Below are positions 8,088-20,827 of a DNA stretch of 64,000 bases, one piece after another. Position numbers and translations under genes: made by a program. Location: NCBI GenBank assembly GCA_043228905.1, contig JBHGNT010000009.1, forward strand, positions 6,386,001 to 6,450,000, written 5' to 3'. How positions within the stretch are numbered: the stretch's first letter is position 1; every line of letters starts with the position of its first letter. The notes under the pieces were generated by a model. That model was not told the DNA's origin. It was given only the letters and a program-made list of their open reading frames with translations, and ran no database searches. The DNA is from Azolla caroliniana (taxonomy: Eukaryota > Plantae > Polypodiophyta).

Positions 8088-8771
8088 CCTCAGTGGTAGC
8101 AAAACCTTTTCCGAGGGAGTCATATAATGCGCCTCCAGTAAGTACTCCAACTCCGATGGAAATTGACACTACATGTCGTCGTGGACCACTATCGGAAGAA
8201 GAAAAGCAACGACGTCGAGCAAACCGACTATGTCTTTATTGCAGTGGACCAGGGCATATCACGGTAAACTGTCCCCATAGGCCAAGAAGGCAGGTAAACC
8301 AAATAGTTGCTAGTTCTGATTGTACTAAACCCGAGCCTATTTCAGTAGGGATATTTGATAGTCCTAATAGTACTAATTGCCCAAATCTAGATAACAAATT
8401 TGATTTCCTTAGTCAGTTAGAAGAAGAGTTAAACGACTAAGTCCAGCCAAAATAGGAGTCGTTTGGTTGGACAACCCTAGATTTGTGTAGCCCATTAGTG
8501 GTTCCATTCCCTCTAAGCAAGTTAGCAATGTGTTCGTAGCCCAAGTAACAGTTAGTACTAAAAGTACCCCTCTAGTACATGTCTCAGCACTTCTAGATTC
8601 CAGAGCTAATTCTTACTTCATGGATAGGAACTTTGCCCAAGCTCATCAAATATCACTCAGAAAACTCCCGTGTCCAGCCTCTGTAGTAGTCATTGATGGT
8701 CATCCCATTGCTTCCGGAAATATCATAGAAGAGTCAGAGCCCATTAATATTGTCCTAGATAATCTAGCATA
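8088..8771 (+). pseudogene. Chromovirus C gag C-terminus (zinc knuckle) and aspartic protease
   Basis: PTPMEID...RLCLYCSGPGHITVNC, stop at 8440; protease in the -1 frame (8530-8772). Confidence 0.85.
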
Positions 8772-11700
8772 GTGTAGAAAGGTGTTCTTGATGTCCATTT
8801 GATGGAGGTGCCACCCTTTCGCCGCGGCAAGCGCAATTACGATCTGTACTGTCGTCATCTTTGCCACCGAGGCAAAGGTCTCTTTGTAGTCAACTCCGTG
8901 CGTTTGTGTGTAGCCTTTCGCTACGAGTCGTACTTTGTAGCGGTTGACAGAATCTTCGACGTTGTACTTCACTTTGTAAATCCATCTGCATCTGATCGCC
9001 TTTTTGTGTGGTGAGGTGGGAACGAGATCCCATGTCTCGTTCTTGCGTAGTGCCAGCATCTCCTCATTCATGGCTTCGATCCATCGCAGATCCTTGGCTG
9101 CTTCGGAAAATGTTTCCGGCTCGCATACTATCGCCACCTTCATCATAAAGGCATAGTGATATGCCATGTAGTCGTTGTAGCCGAATCGGTTGACCGGATT
9201 CTTTTCACGGGTGGAGCGACGGAGCTTTTCATTTGCAGAGATGAGGGATTTCTTAACTCCGATTGGTACATCGAAGCCACCGAACTCACTGTCGAGTGAG
9301 TGAGTCGACTCATCGTCGTCGAAGCATTTGTCTTCGTATTCCGACATTTTCGCCTTGCCTTTATCCATCTTCGGGTTAGGCTGTGATGTGCTTTGATCGC
9401 TCAAAGGCTCTTGTGGTCCCCTCAGTTGGGTCATGATCGGACTTTCTTCGAACCTGCGCGTAAGGCGATCTTCATCCTCTATCTCTTGTTCGGCGGATTC
9501 TGGGTCGAGCAAAGTCGGAGTCGAAGTTGTCTCTGGTGCATACCGGGATGCGGACTCGTCAAACACGACGTCTTGACTTACTCGAGATTTTCGAGTTGAG
9601 GGGTTGTAGCACATATACCCCTTTTGCTCCAGTGAATATCCTACGAGGATACATTTCTCCGACTTCGGGTCAAGCTTTTGACGCTTCTCATCGGGGATGT
9701 GCACGTACGCTATCGCGCCGAATATCCGGGTGTGCAATTATTCCGGCTTCTTTCCGAAGTATTTTTCGTGCGTAGTGACCTCGTGCACTCCGGATGTTGT
9801 GCACCGGTTCATTAGGTAGACTGCCGTATTTGCAGCTTCGGCCCAATATGACTTGGGCATATGCTTCTCGTTCATCATGGCCCGCGCTACTTCGAGGATG
9901 TGCTGATTTTTGCGCTCGGCTACTCCGTTTTGTTGCGGAGTGTGTCGGCAAGTGAATTCTCGCCGAATTCCTTCCTTTCGGAGATACGTCGTGAAATCGT
10001 CCGAGAAGTACTCCTTGCCGCCATCCGATCGAAGGCATCGTACATGACGACTAGTGGCTTTTTCGACTTCGTTTTTAAACCTTTGGAAGTGTCCGAACAC
10101 TTCACTCTTTTGCCGCATCGGATAGAGCCACGTGTGCCTGGAGAAGTTGTCGATGAAGAGCACGTAATATTGGCATCCACTGAATGTAGCCGTCTGCGCT
10201 AGTCCCCATACGTCGGAAGGGACTACGTCGAGTAGACCATTGCTCACATTCCGCTCTTTCGGGAATGGGTGTCGGTGTTGCTTGCCGAATTGGCACACTT
10301 TGCGTACACCTTCAATCTCCTTCTCTTTGAATGTCGGGAGTTCGATGACAACTCCTTTTGATTTCATTGCTTTGAGTTTATTGAGATTGATGTGACCGAT
10401 TCGCTTGTACCATAGCTCTATGTCGGAGTCGGCTTTCGTGTTTTTTGCGAACATGGCGGATTTCATCTCGTGTGAATCAAGAATGAACATCCGGCCCTCT
10501 CTTCTTCCATGCGCGATGATTCGGCCGTCTTTTTCGATGAAGCACCCTTCTTGGTCGAATCGTACTTGCATCACTTGCTCAACCATTTGGCCGACCGAGA
10601 CCAAATTCTTCGTGATGGTGGGAACATGCAAGACATTTTTAATGTATGTTTGCTTACCTCTTTCGCCGAACGGAACATGCAAGACATTTTTAATGTATGT
10701 TTGCTTACCTCTTTCGCCGAACGGAACATTGCTGATGTGCTGAATCGGATGTGTAGTATCATCTCCGGTTTCGACATAACCGGGTCGCTCCGGCTCTCGA
10801 AGTTCGAGAAACCATTCTTTATGAGATGTCATATGGTTTGAGGCTCCAGAGTCAACAAACCATAAGTCCTCCAGATTGAGGGTACTAGTTGAGGTAGAAG
10901 CCGACATAGAGTTTGCTCTATGTTTCATCATGAACATTCCACCACGGTCGGAGTTGTGTGCATACATTCCGCCATGATCTTCGTAGTCGGAGTTGTGCCC
11001 GTACATTCCTCTATACTCTTCGTAGTCAGAATTGTGCACGTAATTCGTGAGTTGTCGGCTTGTGGAGACCGATTCGCGCATCTTCTTTCGGCACTCTTCT
11101 TCGTGGTGGCCGAGCTTTCCACAATATCCGCATTCGGTTGCGTTTTGACGGCTTGGGCTGGAGTGGAAGCTCCCCGTTCTTGCGAACGTTCCTCGTTGGC
11201 TTCCATTTTGCGGCCGAAATTGGGAGTTGTTGTCGTAGGTCGGACCTCGTCCGCCTTGTCCTTGGCTGAATCGGCCTCTCATTCGTCCGCGTCCTCTTCC
11301 TCCGTTCGAGTGCGTGTAGAGCATGTGACCTTCCGACTCATTGCTCCTTGTACACACATGGTTTTCTTCGACCAATAGCATTGATTGGAGCTCGAAGAAA
11401 GAGGGAGATTTCTCCCTTGCTAGAACGGCGGTTCGCATCATGCCGAACCGTGGTGCGAGGCCGCCGAGGCATATTTGAACCATCTCATCATCATCGATAT
11501 TTACGCTTATCGAGCCGAGCAAGTCACAAAGCTCCTTGATCTTCAAGGTGTATGTCGTGATGGACATGTCCCTTTGTTGAATGTTGTTCAACACTTGGCG
11601 GAGTTGAAGCCTTCTTGCGGTTGTGTTAGCCGCGAAAATATTTCGTAGATTTTCCCATGCCTCCTTCAGCGTCTTGGCTTCGCGAATGTAACCGAGCATG

Positions 11701-11924
11701 TGATCGTGAACACATGTCGCTAAGCAATACATCACACGGCTTGCAGCTTGCTCCCATGTCGCGTATCCGAGAGCCATTTCGATGGGTCGGTCTTCGTGTG
11801 CTCCTTTGATGTAGCTCCAATAGCCTTATCCGACAAGGTATTGGTGCATCTTGTACTCCCAAGATGCGAAGTTGTTTTGATCCAACTTCTCGGTAGGGAG
11901 AGCACTCCCCATTTGAGTATTCAT
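8772..11924 (-). pseudogene. Copia B gag-pol (gag, protease, integrase, N-terminal RT; frameshift and stop; truncated)
   Basis: ORFs 9738-11777 and 8700-9737: CGYCGKLGHHEEEC, WFVDSGASNHM, RSDGGKEY, NGVAERKN, KLDPKSEKCILVGY, QMDIKNTFLH, then fused to C. Confidence 0.9.
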
Positions 11925-12077
11925 TATGTCGATTCTTCTTCTTCTTCTTCTGCTCTCTTCGAATTCGAGCTATGTAGTCGCACTACAATAGCGATGAGCC
12001 GGTTCTTCTTGAACGCCGGTGTAGAGCTCAACACACACGGATGGGCTAGATGGAGCTACCAAACCGCTCTGATACCA

Positions 12078-12472
12078 TGTAAAGAATCAAGAGATGGATT
12101 CTGTGCAGCAGAATAGATATGAACTATGTGTGTGTATGAGAGAGAGAGTGTGTGTGTGAGAGAGAGACAAGGAGTAAGACACAGAGAATACGCAAGGTAA
12201 GGTATATTAACAAAGGAGAAAGACTCAACATTATACAAGGTGGGAGGAGGGTGCTTTATATAGTCACCCTCTCTCTTCATTAACTACAAGACTCATGGAG
12301 CATGGGGAATGTGAAAGCTCATAAGTTATGTGTCATAGAATATGATTCTATGACTCATACTAAATGCTAGAATACAAAGTGGTGACATAATGGTGACTCT
12401 TGACCGTTGGAGTGTCTATTCACTCTCAAGGTGAGTTCACACACTAGACCAAGTTGAGCTTGATTCTCAACA
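12078..12472 (-). repeat. Copia B 5' LTR (395 bp)
   Basis: TG..CA termini; adjacent PBS; followed by TSD ATTGT. Confidence 0.9.
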
Positions 12473-15400
12473 ATTGTCATGACTTGTATCACATTGAGAT
12501 ATTGTGCCAACCTTTGTATAGTAATGTGTATGCACTATGTTGTCATGCTTGGTTCTGTTTTTCATGTCAAGGTAGGTCATAATGGACTTTAGGCTTTGTT
12601 GGCCTATATAGGCACATTATCCTCATTATTTCATAACGTGCATAATTTCAAGTGTATAACCTTGGTTTCATTTTCACTCCACATATAAGCCCTAGTTTTA
12701 GGAGCAAAATGATGCATGATGAGGAAATCTCATTCAAAGCCATTTTTTAGGAAAGAATTGTTAGTTTGCAAGATTTCAAACTAAAATGAGGAATATCTCC
12801 CATGACCAACACAACACCAAACCCACTTTTGAAAGACTTGAATCAACGTCCTTAACAATTTGGATACCCCTATCATTTACCCAATGCCTCAATTAAATTT
12901 TGAAAGCCTATCAACTTCACTTGTTAGGTCTATATAGATGTTGGCCCCACTATTGAAGCCCAACTATTAGATATTAGGTCTCATCAAGTTTTAAAAACAC
13001 TTTAAGATCTTCTCTACTTGTGTTTCCATTAGTGAATACCTCTCTGACATATCCCCCATGGTTCCAACAGTTACATGGGTCAAAAGCTACCCTAACATCA
13101 TATATTATTGTCGCTTAAAGGACATGAGCACACTTTATCAGTTGAGTCAGGACATTCTTTTAAAACATATGTGATTTCAAACCAGAATATAATCAATCAA
13201 TTACCTTACTAATAACAAAAAGTTGGGCACAATACCTTGATGTTGATGTTAAAGGAAAATGCAGGGCACATTTAAATACGATGAGAACCGAAAATGCTAG
13301 CCCACTATCGAATCGAATTTACTTTTTATGAGTGAGCTAATGTCTTTAAAGGTAATCGATTATGCGTGAAGTTGACCAAATGGAAACGAATCTAAGTTGA
13401 ATGCTCGCGGCTCCAAAGTAAGACATATATGAATTGTTTTATTTGAAACAATGCACAAGTTTGTTGTGTTAATTTGTAATAGAAGGCTTCACAACTTGGA
13501 CAAAGATTTATTTTGATGCAATAAGGATACAATAAAGTTACGATTGAGAATAAAGATGTCATAGGTTTCCTACAATTTGCTAAGTGCAAATAGTAGATAG
13601 AATTATGCAAATGAGTGAAGCTTTTTAAGTCGAATATAACAAATTCGACATATGTTTGTATATTTGGGATGTGGATGCCCAACAAATGTCTTCGATGACT
13701 TTGTTAACTAAAGAATAATAGAAGTGCAAAGTTAATAGTGTGGAGGTATTCAAAATTTTGATCGAGGATGGACTTGGGTGGGGGGCCTAGATGGCATGGG
13801 TTAAAATAAAGAATGAAGAATATTTTGATGTTGCAAAAGCACGATAATTTGGATAGAAGTATTCAAAAAGAAAAGGTTAGAATGTAAAAGGAATGAGGCA
13901 TATGGTCCCTTAATAAAAACTAATGTAAAAGATAGAAAAAGAAGGAATATCTAGGGATCGATAAAGGATGGAATATGTGCAAAACAAAAAGAGTGTCTTG
14001 TGTGCGCGCTCTAAAAAGCCCATATGTGACTTATCTAAACTAAGAATACATTTAGTTATCAAGAGTTTTTTTTCCCAAGATATCCATTGATAATGATAAC
14101 ATCAACTTAGATAATATAAAACTTCTGAAAATATGTTATAATGAAACTTTGGACAATATAATCTAAGGCATGTATTGTCACCATCATTTATCCATTTAGT
14201 ATCAAATGTAATGGTATTCATCAACACTCGTCCCATTATCTTGATATGAGGTCTCACGAACATGGGATTTTAACATTTTCCATAATATTGTATAAGTCTT
14301 CAAATGCGAGGGATGATAATGTAAGAAAATGAATGATAAACCCCATCATTATAGATAAAAATTCGACTTTCCTTTGACATAACCAAGTATCCTTACAATG
14401 GCATATTATCATGGAACTGTGTGAAATTTTATCGCAATGAAATATTCAAGGCTACATGGCACTACCTTGCCATGAATGTAGCTAGAACAAAAGCTACTCA
14501 AAGAGAATTTTTAATTAGCTTTTCCTCCATCATGATGGAAGGCTTAAGATACCTAGTCAATTGCACAACACTTTACTTGAGTCAACGAGATCATCCCTTA
14601 ACATAATATAAGTTCGATCTCTTTTTGTCGCAAACCCTTTATATACGAACACTATAGTAATTCTAGCCATGATAATGGAAAAAATATCATTCAGCATCGT
14701 AGGAACTTCTTCGGAAAAAATCAATGGTATATAAATGGATGGTTTCAACATGGCACATATACCACACCAAGCAAGCATACCTAGTGGATGACATGTAATT
14801 ACAAACATAGACCTTTTAGAAACTTTTTCGTGCAAAGAGTGATTGCGCATACACATACATTGCCTTTCAAAATATGTGTATATTTACATACATATTGAAC
14901 TTGAGTCTTTTTAGGAAAAATATCACATTTGTAGACCTAGCATTTTGCATTAGGTTGTGCATATGAGGGGGTATGTCATATGTATGTGTTTATAAGAAAC
15001 ACATTGCCTTAAAAAGGTTATACATAGATTATCATTACTTTCGGACATTGAAAGGTGAAAACATAAAGAAAAATATTCTATTATGGAAGTCTTAGGAAGA
15101 TATAGAAACAATGTGGCCTATATTCTATAGCATTATTCAGCTCATGCACCAACACAACAAACTCAAATTAGAACAAATTACACGTGCAAACTACGAAAAT
15201 TAAACCACCCAAGATATTTAGTAACTCTCCAAGTTGTATACATTTTGTCTCGAAAGTAGTTACGTAATTTCAATCTTTGTAGCATTATCTTTCTATGTTA
15301 AAATTAAGTCTCCAAATCAATGGAGATTTGTTTATTGCCATCTAGTGTATGCAACTAAAATTTTGTTAATTGCTTGTATTGTGAGGGGGGGGTTTAGATA

Positions 15401-17713
15401 TTGATGCAACAAACATCAAGAAGCGGTTATTCAAAAGTGTCGCAACGTGTAGCTTGGGCCATCCATCCTATATAAAGAGTTTGTTTCATCATCATTGCAA
15501 GTCTTTAAGTGTACCAACGCAACTTTTTTTCATGACCTATAGTCATACCAAATTCCTAGCATAAGATTTTAAAGATGACCTTAGCATTATAACTATTTAC
15601 CTTGTGTAAAGCTATGCTAATTATGTTTTTTGTATGTGAGGTTTGCAAAGAGTTGCATACAATACCATAGTTTAGTTACTAGTATATGTTGGGTTGCTTT
15701 TGGATATGATGGATTTAGGACAATGATATCAAATTTCTTTCACAAAGACGACTATCTCAAATATATTCCTAACATAAATCCTCTTCAACAAGTTGTCACA
15801 CATAAAAATGGTATAGGTTGAAAGTTGATACACCCCATTTTCAAGTGAAAAAGATTTGTACCAAAACATAAAAAATCGGAGTGAAAAAGACACCAAACGC
15901 TCAAGTGGTCGCTAATACCTTACAGTAGTGTTTTATCGAGACAATGGAGATATTGCATATCATTGTTTTAGACACCGGATAATTCCAAACTCAATGGATA
16001 TGAGCCTTTACCCCCACAACACACCTATAATACTACAAGTTTATTAATGTTAGATAAAGTCATAGATATTATCGGATGACCTTTGCCTTTGCCATGGTCA
16101 TCATGGGGATGGTATGAACGTGAATACAAGAATTTGTGAGTATATTATGGTCTAGCTACCCTTGAATGAATTTCCTCTCTAGATATTACTACATCTCTAA
16201 ACTAAGGACCAACTTCATATATTACCCATAGACTAAATCTAGCCATCCAAATCACATGCACCAAATGCAAGGTATAAGCTAACTTTTTTCCCATAGATAC
16301 TATGGGATGTGTCCAATGTTTTTTGCCAAAAAACAACCCTAGAATTTCTATAAAGCAAGCATGTTATTGCATTAATTATAAAATTATAAGTTGTTTTCAT
16401 GCTAAACAAATGGGTTTTCATAAATAAATTTATGAGTTTGATATTTTTATTCCAAACAATATAATTCTTGGAGCCCATTATTCAGCATGCGACCCTAATG
16501 CTCTACAACTAGATGATTCAAGTGTCCACAATGTCGACCTTAAATCCTTATAACAAACCTTCATATCAAATCTATGTAAAAATTTCAAGACATATTGGTG
16601 CCCATGATAACACAATTCAAGCTCCACACTACATTTCTTGTACATCTCATCATACATTTGCATATAGAAAATTCTCGATTATTACCATAACCAATACACC
16701 ACATATTCTCAAATTTGGTGGTGTTACATTAAGAATCAACATTATACTATAAAACTACTCTATATGCAGCAAAAGGCCAACCTCATTTCATCTACAATCT
16801 TTAAATTTTCAAACCAACATTTGATGCACATTAATAACTTATGAGCCCAATTATTGTTCAATCCAAATTGTATATTACATCTATTTGTGTAGCAAAACCC
16901 AACCTCATATAGTGCACATTCTTCAAACCAAATTTTTGTCATCCTATGTCTACACACTAACCATATTGATCCTCTAAACTTCCTATAAAACTTTTTGCAA
17001 AACAATCAAGAATATTATATTTTAACCATATGAATGCCCCTCTATTTCCACAAGACTTGTAGACATCTAGGATTTCATCATGGGTTACCTTTAAGATTAC
17101 AACTATGATGTATTGTAACCTCCTAAGAACAACAAATCATTTGTTGTGTGAGTCATCCCTTGCCCATAAAGAACTCATGTAAGAACAAAATGTTAGTGTT
17201 TCAAGGAGCCACAATCAACATTTGAGACAAATTATGATTCAAAATGCAAGTAGATTATGGTTATCAATGTTGCAACAAAAGTTATATGAGAAAGATTTAA
17301 TTATCTATAGTAATCGTTGAGATATAATGGGTATAGATTGTGGAATAGAGTAGCACACCTAGCATCAACATGCCTTCTATCCATCAATCCTTTGTGACCA
17401 TATTTTGCATGCAACAATACGTTAGATGAAGAACCAAGGTGGACATCTTGTAATTAGGATATCCTTGGGCATTATTTTGACTAGATATATGTCAATCCTC
17501 ATCCTTTTCCCGAAAACTAGACACCCCTTAGATTAGCAATACTTTGATGTAGAAGTTTCACTCTAGTTGAAGATCTTTTGGTCCAAACTTCGTCTTCACA
17601 ATTTATTTCCATTTTTGTTGACAAGTAAACAATTAACTCAAGATTCTTGTGCATATTTATGTAAGTCACCTTATGCTTCTTTTAAATTTAACCATCATTT
17701 ATGCTGTTTTAGG

Positions 17714-17796
17714 CCACTTCAATAAGAAACATTTACATGCAATTCCACTTCGATAAGAAACATTTACATGCAATTCCACTTCAATAAGAAACATTT
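17714..17796. repeat. 31-bp tandem repeat (~2.7 copies)
   Basis: CCACTTC(A/G)ATAAGAAACATTTACATGCAATT repeated at 17714, 17745 and 17776. Confidence 0.85.
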
Positions 17797-20059
17797 TAAC
17801 CTGAAAAGAACATGCAAAGAAAAGTCATTACTTGAATACAACACACTTTCTAACATCACAATAGTGAGATCATTTATTTGATTGGCTTTTGTGGGCAATG
17901 TTCTTGCTTTTCTTTACATATTTGGTGACCTTTAATTTTGCCAAAATGGGTTCCATAAGTTTCTTATTTGAGAGTCTAGTTCTTCCTACCCCAATATTTT
18001 TATGGCATTCTTTGCACTCTCCTTGTCACAAGAGTGCAAAGAAGAATTAAGATAATAGGGTAGCAAATAAAAATTTAGGGTACCCTAACATTTCTCATAT
18101 TCCTCGAAGAAACTCAAGGATGCTTGATAGGAAGAACTCACTAACTCAATCATGTTCAAGGATGTTATGTAGAGTTCCAAGTAAGGTGATCAAATTATTG
18201 TCAAACTAGATGTCCATACAATGTATCCATAGAAGATGCCAACTCATGTGCCCACAATGTGACAGCAAACGGTGCGCCCTACTCACTACATGTTTATTCT
18301 GCATCCCACTCTACAAATACAACCTTGCCATTTATGTTAAGCTAATAAGTTTAGTATGATGTAAGTGATAACTTGTATGTGGGCACTAAAATCCATATGA
18401 TAGTTATGCTACCTACCACCTTGACAATGTAATTGTTTGTCAATGATTACATAACATTTGTTGACATTCTTGGTTTGGAAATAGACACTTATTACATGTT
18501 GAAGCGTCACACTACTCAACAAGATAGTTGAAGATAAATTCACATTATTAAAAAATGTTTGTTTATGATCAGAAGCAAACATAAATTAATTACCACATTT
18601 CCATAATCCATTGTAAGTTTACAATTTTCGCACATGATACTAGGGATCTTACAAAGTTTCAAAAGGCTACCTTTAAAACATCACATCTAACCATGGAAGC
18701 ATTTATCCACTACAACCATTGGACTCTCTTCTCCATCTATCATTAGATTGCATTTAGATATCCATAATTGTTTCAATTTTGCATGCAAACCTAACTTAAA
18801 GATGAAATATGTATGTATCTTTGCATAAAAGAAAAATAAAATCGCATATTCCTTCACATACTTGTGTTTGGATGGTGGTGGTGACCAAGACAATTCTTCA
18901 CAACAAAGGATCTACCTACACAATCGATGGGCTATATACAGTAAGTGTAAATTGCTTGTATAACTGAACTAGCCATTGGGGATGTGATTATTTTGCAAAC
19001 GTGGGGTAGAACAACAATTCGAATTCGAGTACAAGATACGTACATTTTTCAAGTTTATAAAAGCCAAAACAGCTAGCTACCTTTTCATGATAAACCTTGG
19101 TAAACAAAACTCTCTTTCACCATACAACTATGCATGCATCAATATGTGTGAAAAATGCACATGATGAACCCTCTCAACCAAAACCAAAACTAATGTAACC
19201 ACATGACAATACATTTGGCCCATGCGCTAATTAGGTCAAGACCGAAAAAACACTCCCAAACACTTCACATTTAAGAGAATAACTCATAGGAAACACATTT
19301 ACTACTAAACCATACCAAAATGCACACCGCACACACACACACACACACATTTGCACACCAACACCTATATCTACATACAAATCCGTGTTTGCATTCCCAT
19401 CCACATCCGCATCCGCATCCGCATCCTATTTCCCATCTACAAGCACATGCAAATGAATGGTCCTGTATATTGTCTCTAACTACAACGAAAATAGGACAAG
19501 CATGCTCATAATGATGATGTGAAGTGGGAAAGGTAACTTCAAAACATTCATTCCCACATAGCACCATGGAGGGTTGCACAGTAAGTCTGTGCCGGAAAGA
19601 AAACATTGGAATCGCTACCACCAAAGTATCATGATGACTAGCCATAAAAAGGGCTACGTTTTTGAATAAGCATTCCAAGTTCTAATATGCTTGGAATAAA
19701 AGTTTTCGAAAAAAAGAAAAGAGAAAGAAAAATCAATATGAATAATATTTGAAATCTTGGTAGTGCCAACAGAGGGGGGAGAAGGGCTAAATCTTCTATT
19801 ACAGTGTGGAGGGGGGCAAAGAAAGAGGCCTAGTGGATTACAGTGTCCTCGGAAACAAAAGTGACACTTTGTCAGGAGGCACTCAAGAAAAAGGTACCCT
19901 TTCAAGGGGGATGGGGAGGATAAGGCATGCCTTTTTTCATCGTCGGTGTGTTGTAGGAGTTGTTATTGTGAAGCTACAAAAAGGCAGAGGAATGTGCCCA
20001 ACACAAATCATTCGTTGTAAGAGGAACTTGTAAGAATCAAGCAACCAATACATAGATAA

Positions 20060-20405
20060 TACATATATACAAATACAAATACATACGCATACATACAAAT
20101 TCATACATACATACATACATACATACATACATACATACATACAAATATATATGTACATACATACAAATACATATGTACATACAAACAAATTCATACATAC
20201 ATACATACAAATTCATACATACATACATATCCATGCATACATATAAATACATACACACATACATATTACATTACATACATACATACATACATACACACAT
20301 ACATACATACATACTTACACATACATATTACATTACATACATACTTACACATACATATTACATTACATACATACATACATACAGACAGACAGACAAGACA
20401 TACAT
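20060..20405. repeat. Compound (TACA)n microsatellite
   Basis: Long imperfect ATAC/TACA array. Confidence 0.9.
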
Positions 20406-20730
20406 ATAAACATTCCAAATTGCTAGATATCAAAGTACTGAAAATGGAGAGTGCATGTGAGAAAGTTGTAAGAAGAAAGAAAACTGCCCCAAAAAGCAAA
20501 CAAAGAAGAAAAACATTCCTGATGCTAATCAGTGAGAGTGTATAAGAAGAGAGGCTTTTGCTTTTGCTTTTTGCTTTCCTGTGTCTGACTCTAGTAGAAA
20601 CAGAGTGCTTCTTTTTTTTTGTTTGTTTTGCTTTTGCCAATTTATGTGTATATGTAGTTTTTGTTTTTTTTGTTTTTTTTTTGTCTGGTAGCCACAGAAC
20701 AGAGTATCCACAATTTGCTGCCACATCTCT

Positions 20731-20762
20731 GGGGGGGAAGGGGGGAGGAGTGAAGTATAAAA
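20731..20762 (+). promoter_or_regulatory. Putative core promoter of the LRR-RLK gene (G-rich tract and TATA box)
   Basis: GGGGGGGAAGGGGGGAGGAG then TATAAAA at 20756-20762, about 70 nt upstream of ATG 20828. Confidence 0.5.
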
Positions 20763-20827
20763 AGGAACCCAAAATTCTACTCAACATTCCTCCCAACATT
20801 CCTTTTCTGTAAATTCCCATTCCTTCA

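Larger units (their letters stand above)
1348..8771 (+). mobile_element. Ty3/gypsy chromovirus C (Tcn1-like; 5' LTR, gag, protease; 3' half deleted; interrupted by copia A)
   Basis: LTR 1348-1754 with TGTCATGA...TCATGACA termini. Gag EPKISLPAKFDG...LHQGDRPAS with stops; CLYCSGPGHITVNC knuckle at ~8230-8275; protease LLDSRANSYFMD at ~8590. Same LTR family as 49643-50051. Confidence 0.88.
1101..12472 (-). mobile_element. Ty1/copia LTR retrotransposon B (disrupted; hosts C and A)
   Basis: TSD ATTGT at 1096-1100 and 12473-12477. 5' LTR 12078-12472 (TG..CA); 3' LTR 1101-1347 truncated; tRNA-iMet PBS at 12066-12077; gag-pol remnants 8772-11924. Confidence 0.9.

Noticed and set aside
12480-19300. 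Decayed DNA transposon or pseudogene on the minus strand (fragments such as VCRH and GIWYD)
   Set aside because: Only short, stop-riddled fragments with no termini or TSD found. It would need tBLASTx or HMM searches to support.
19937-20820. MYVC-repeat ORFs (also 28628-29103)
   Set aside because: These are translations of (TACA)n microsatellites.
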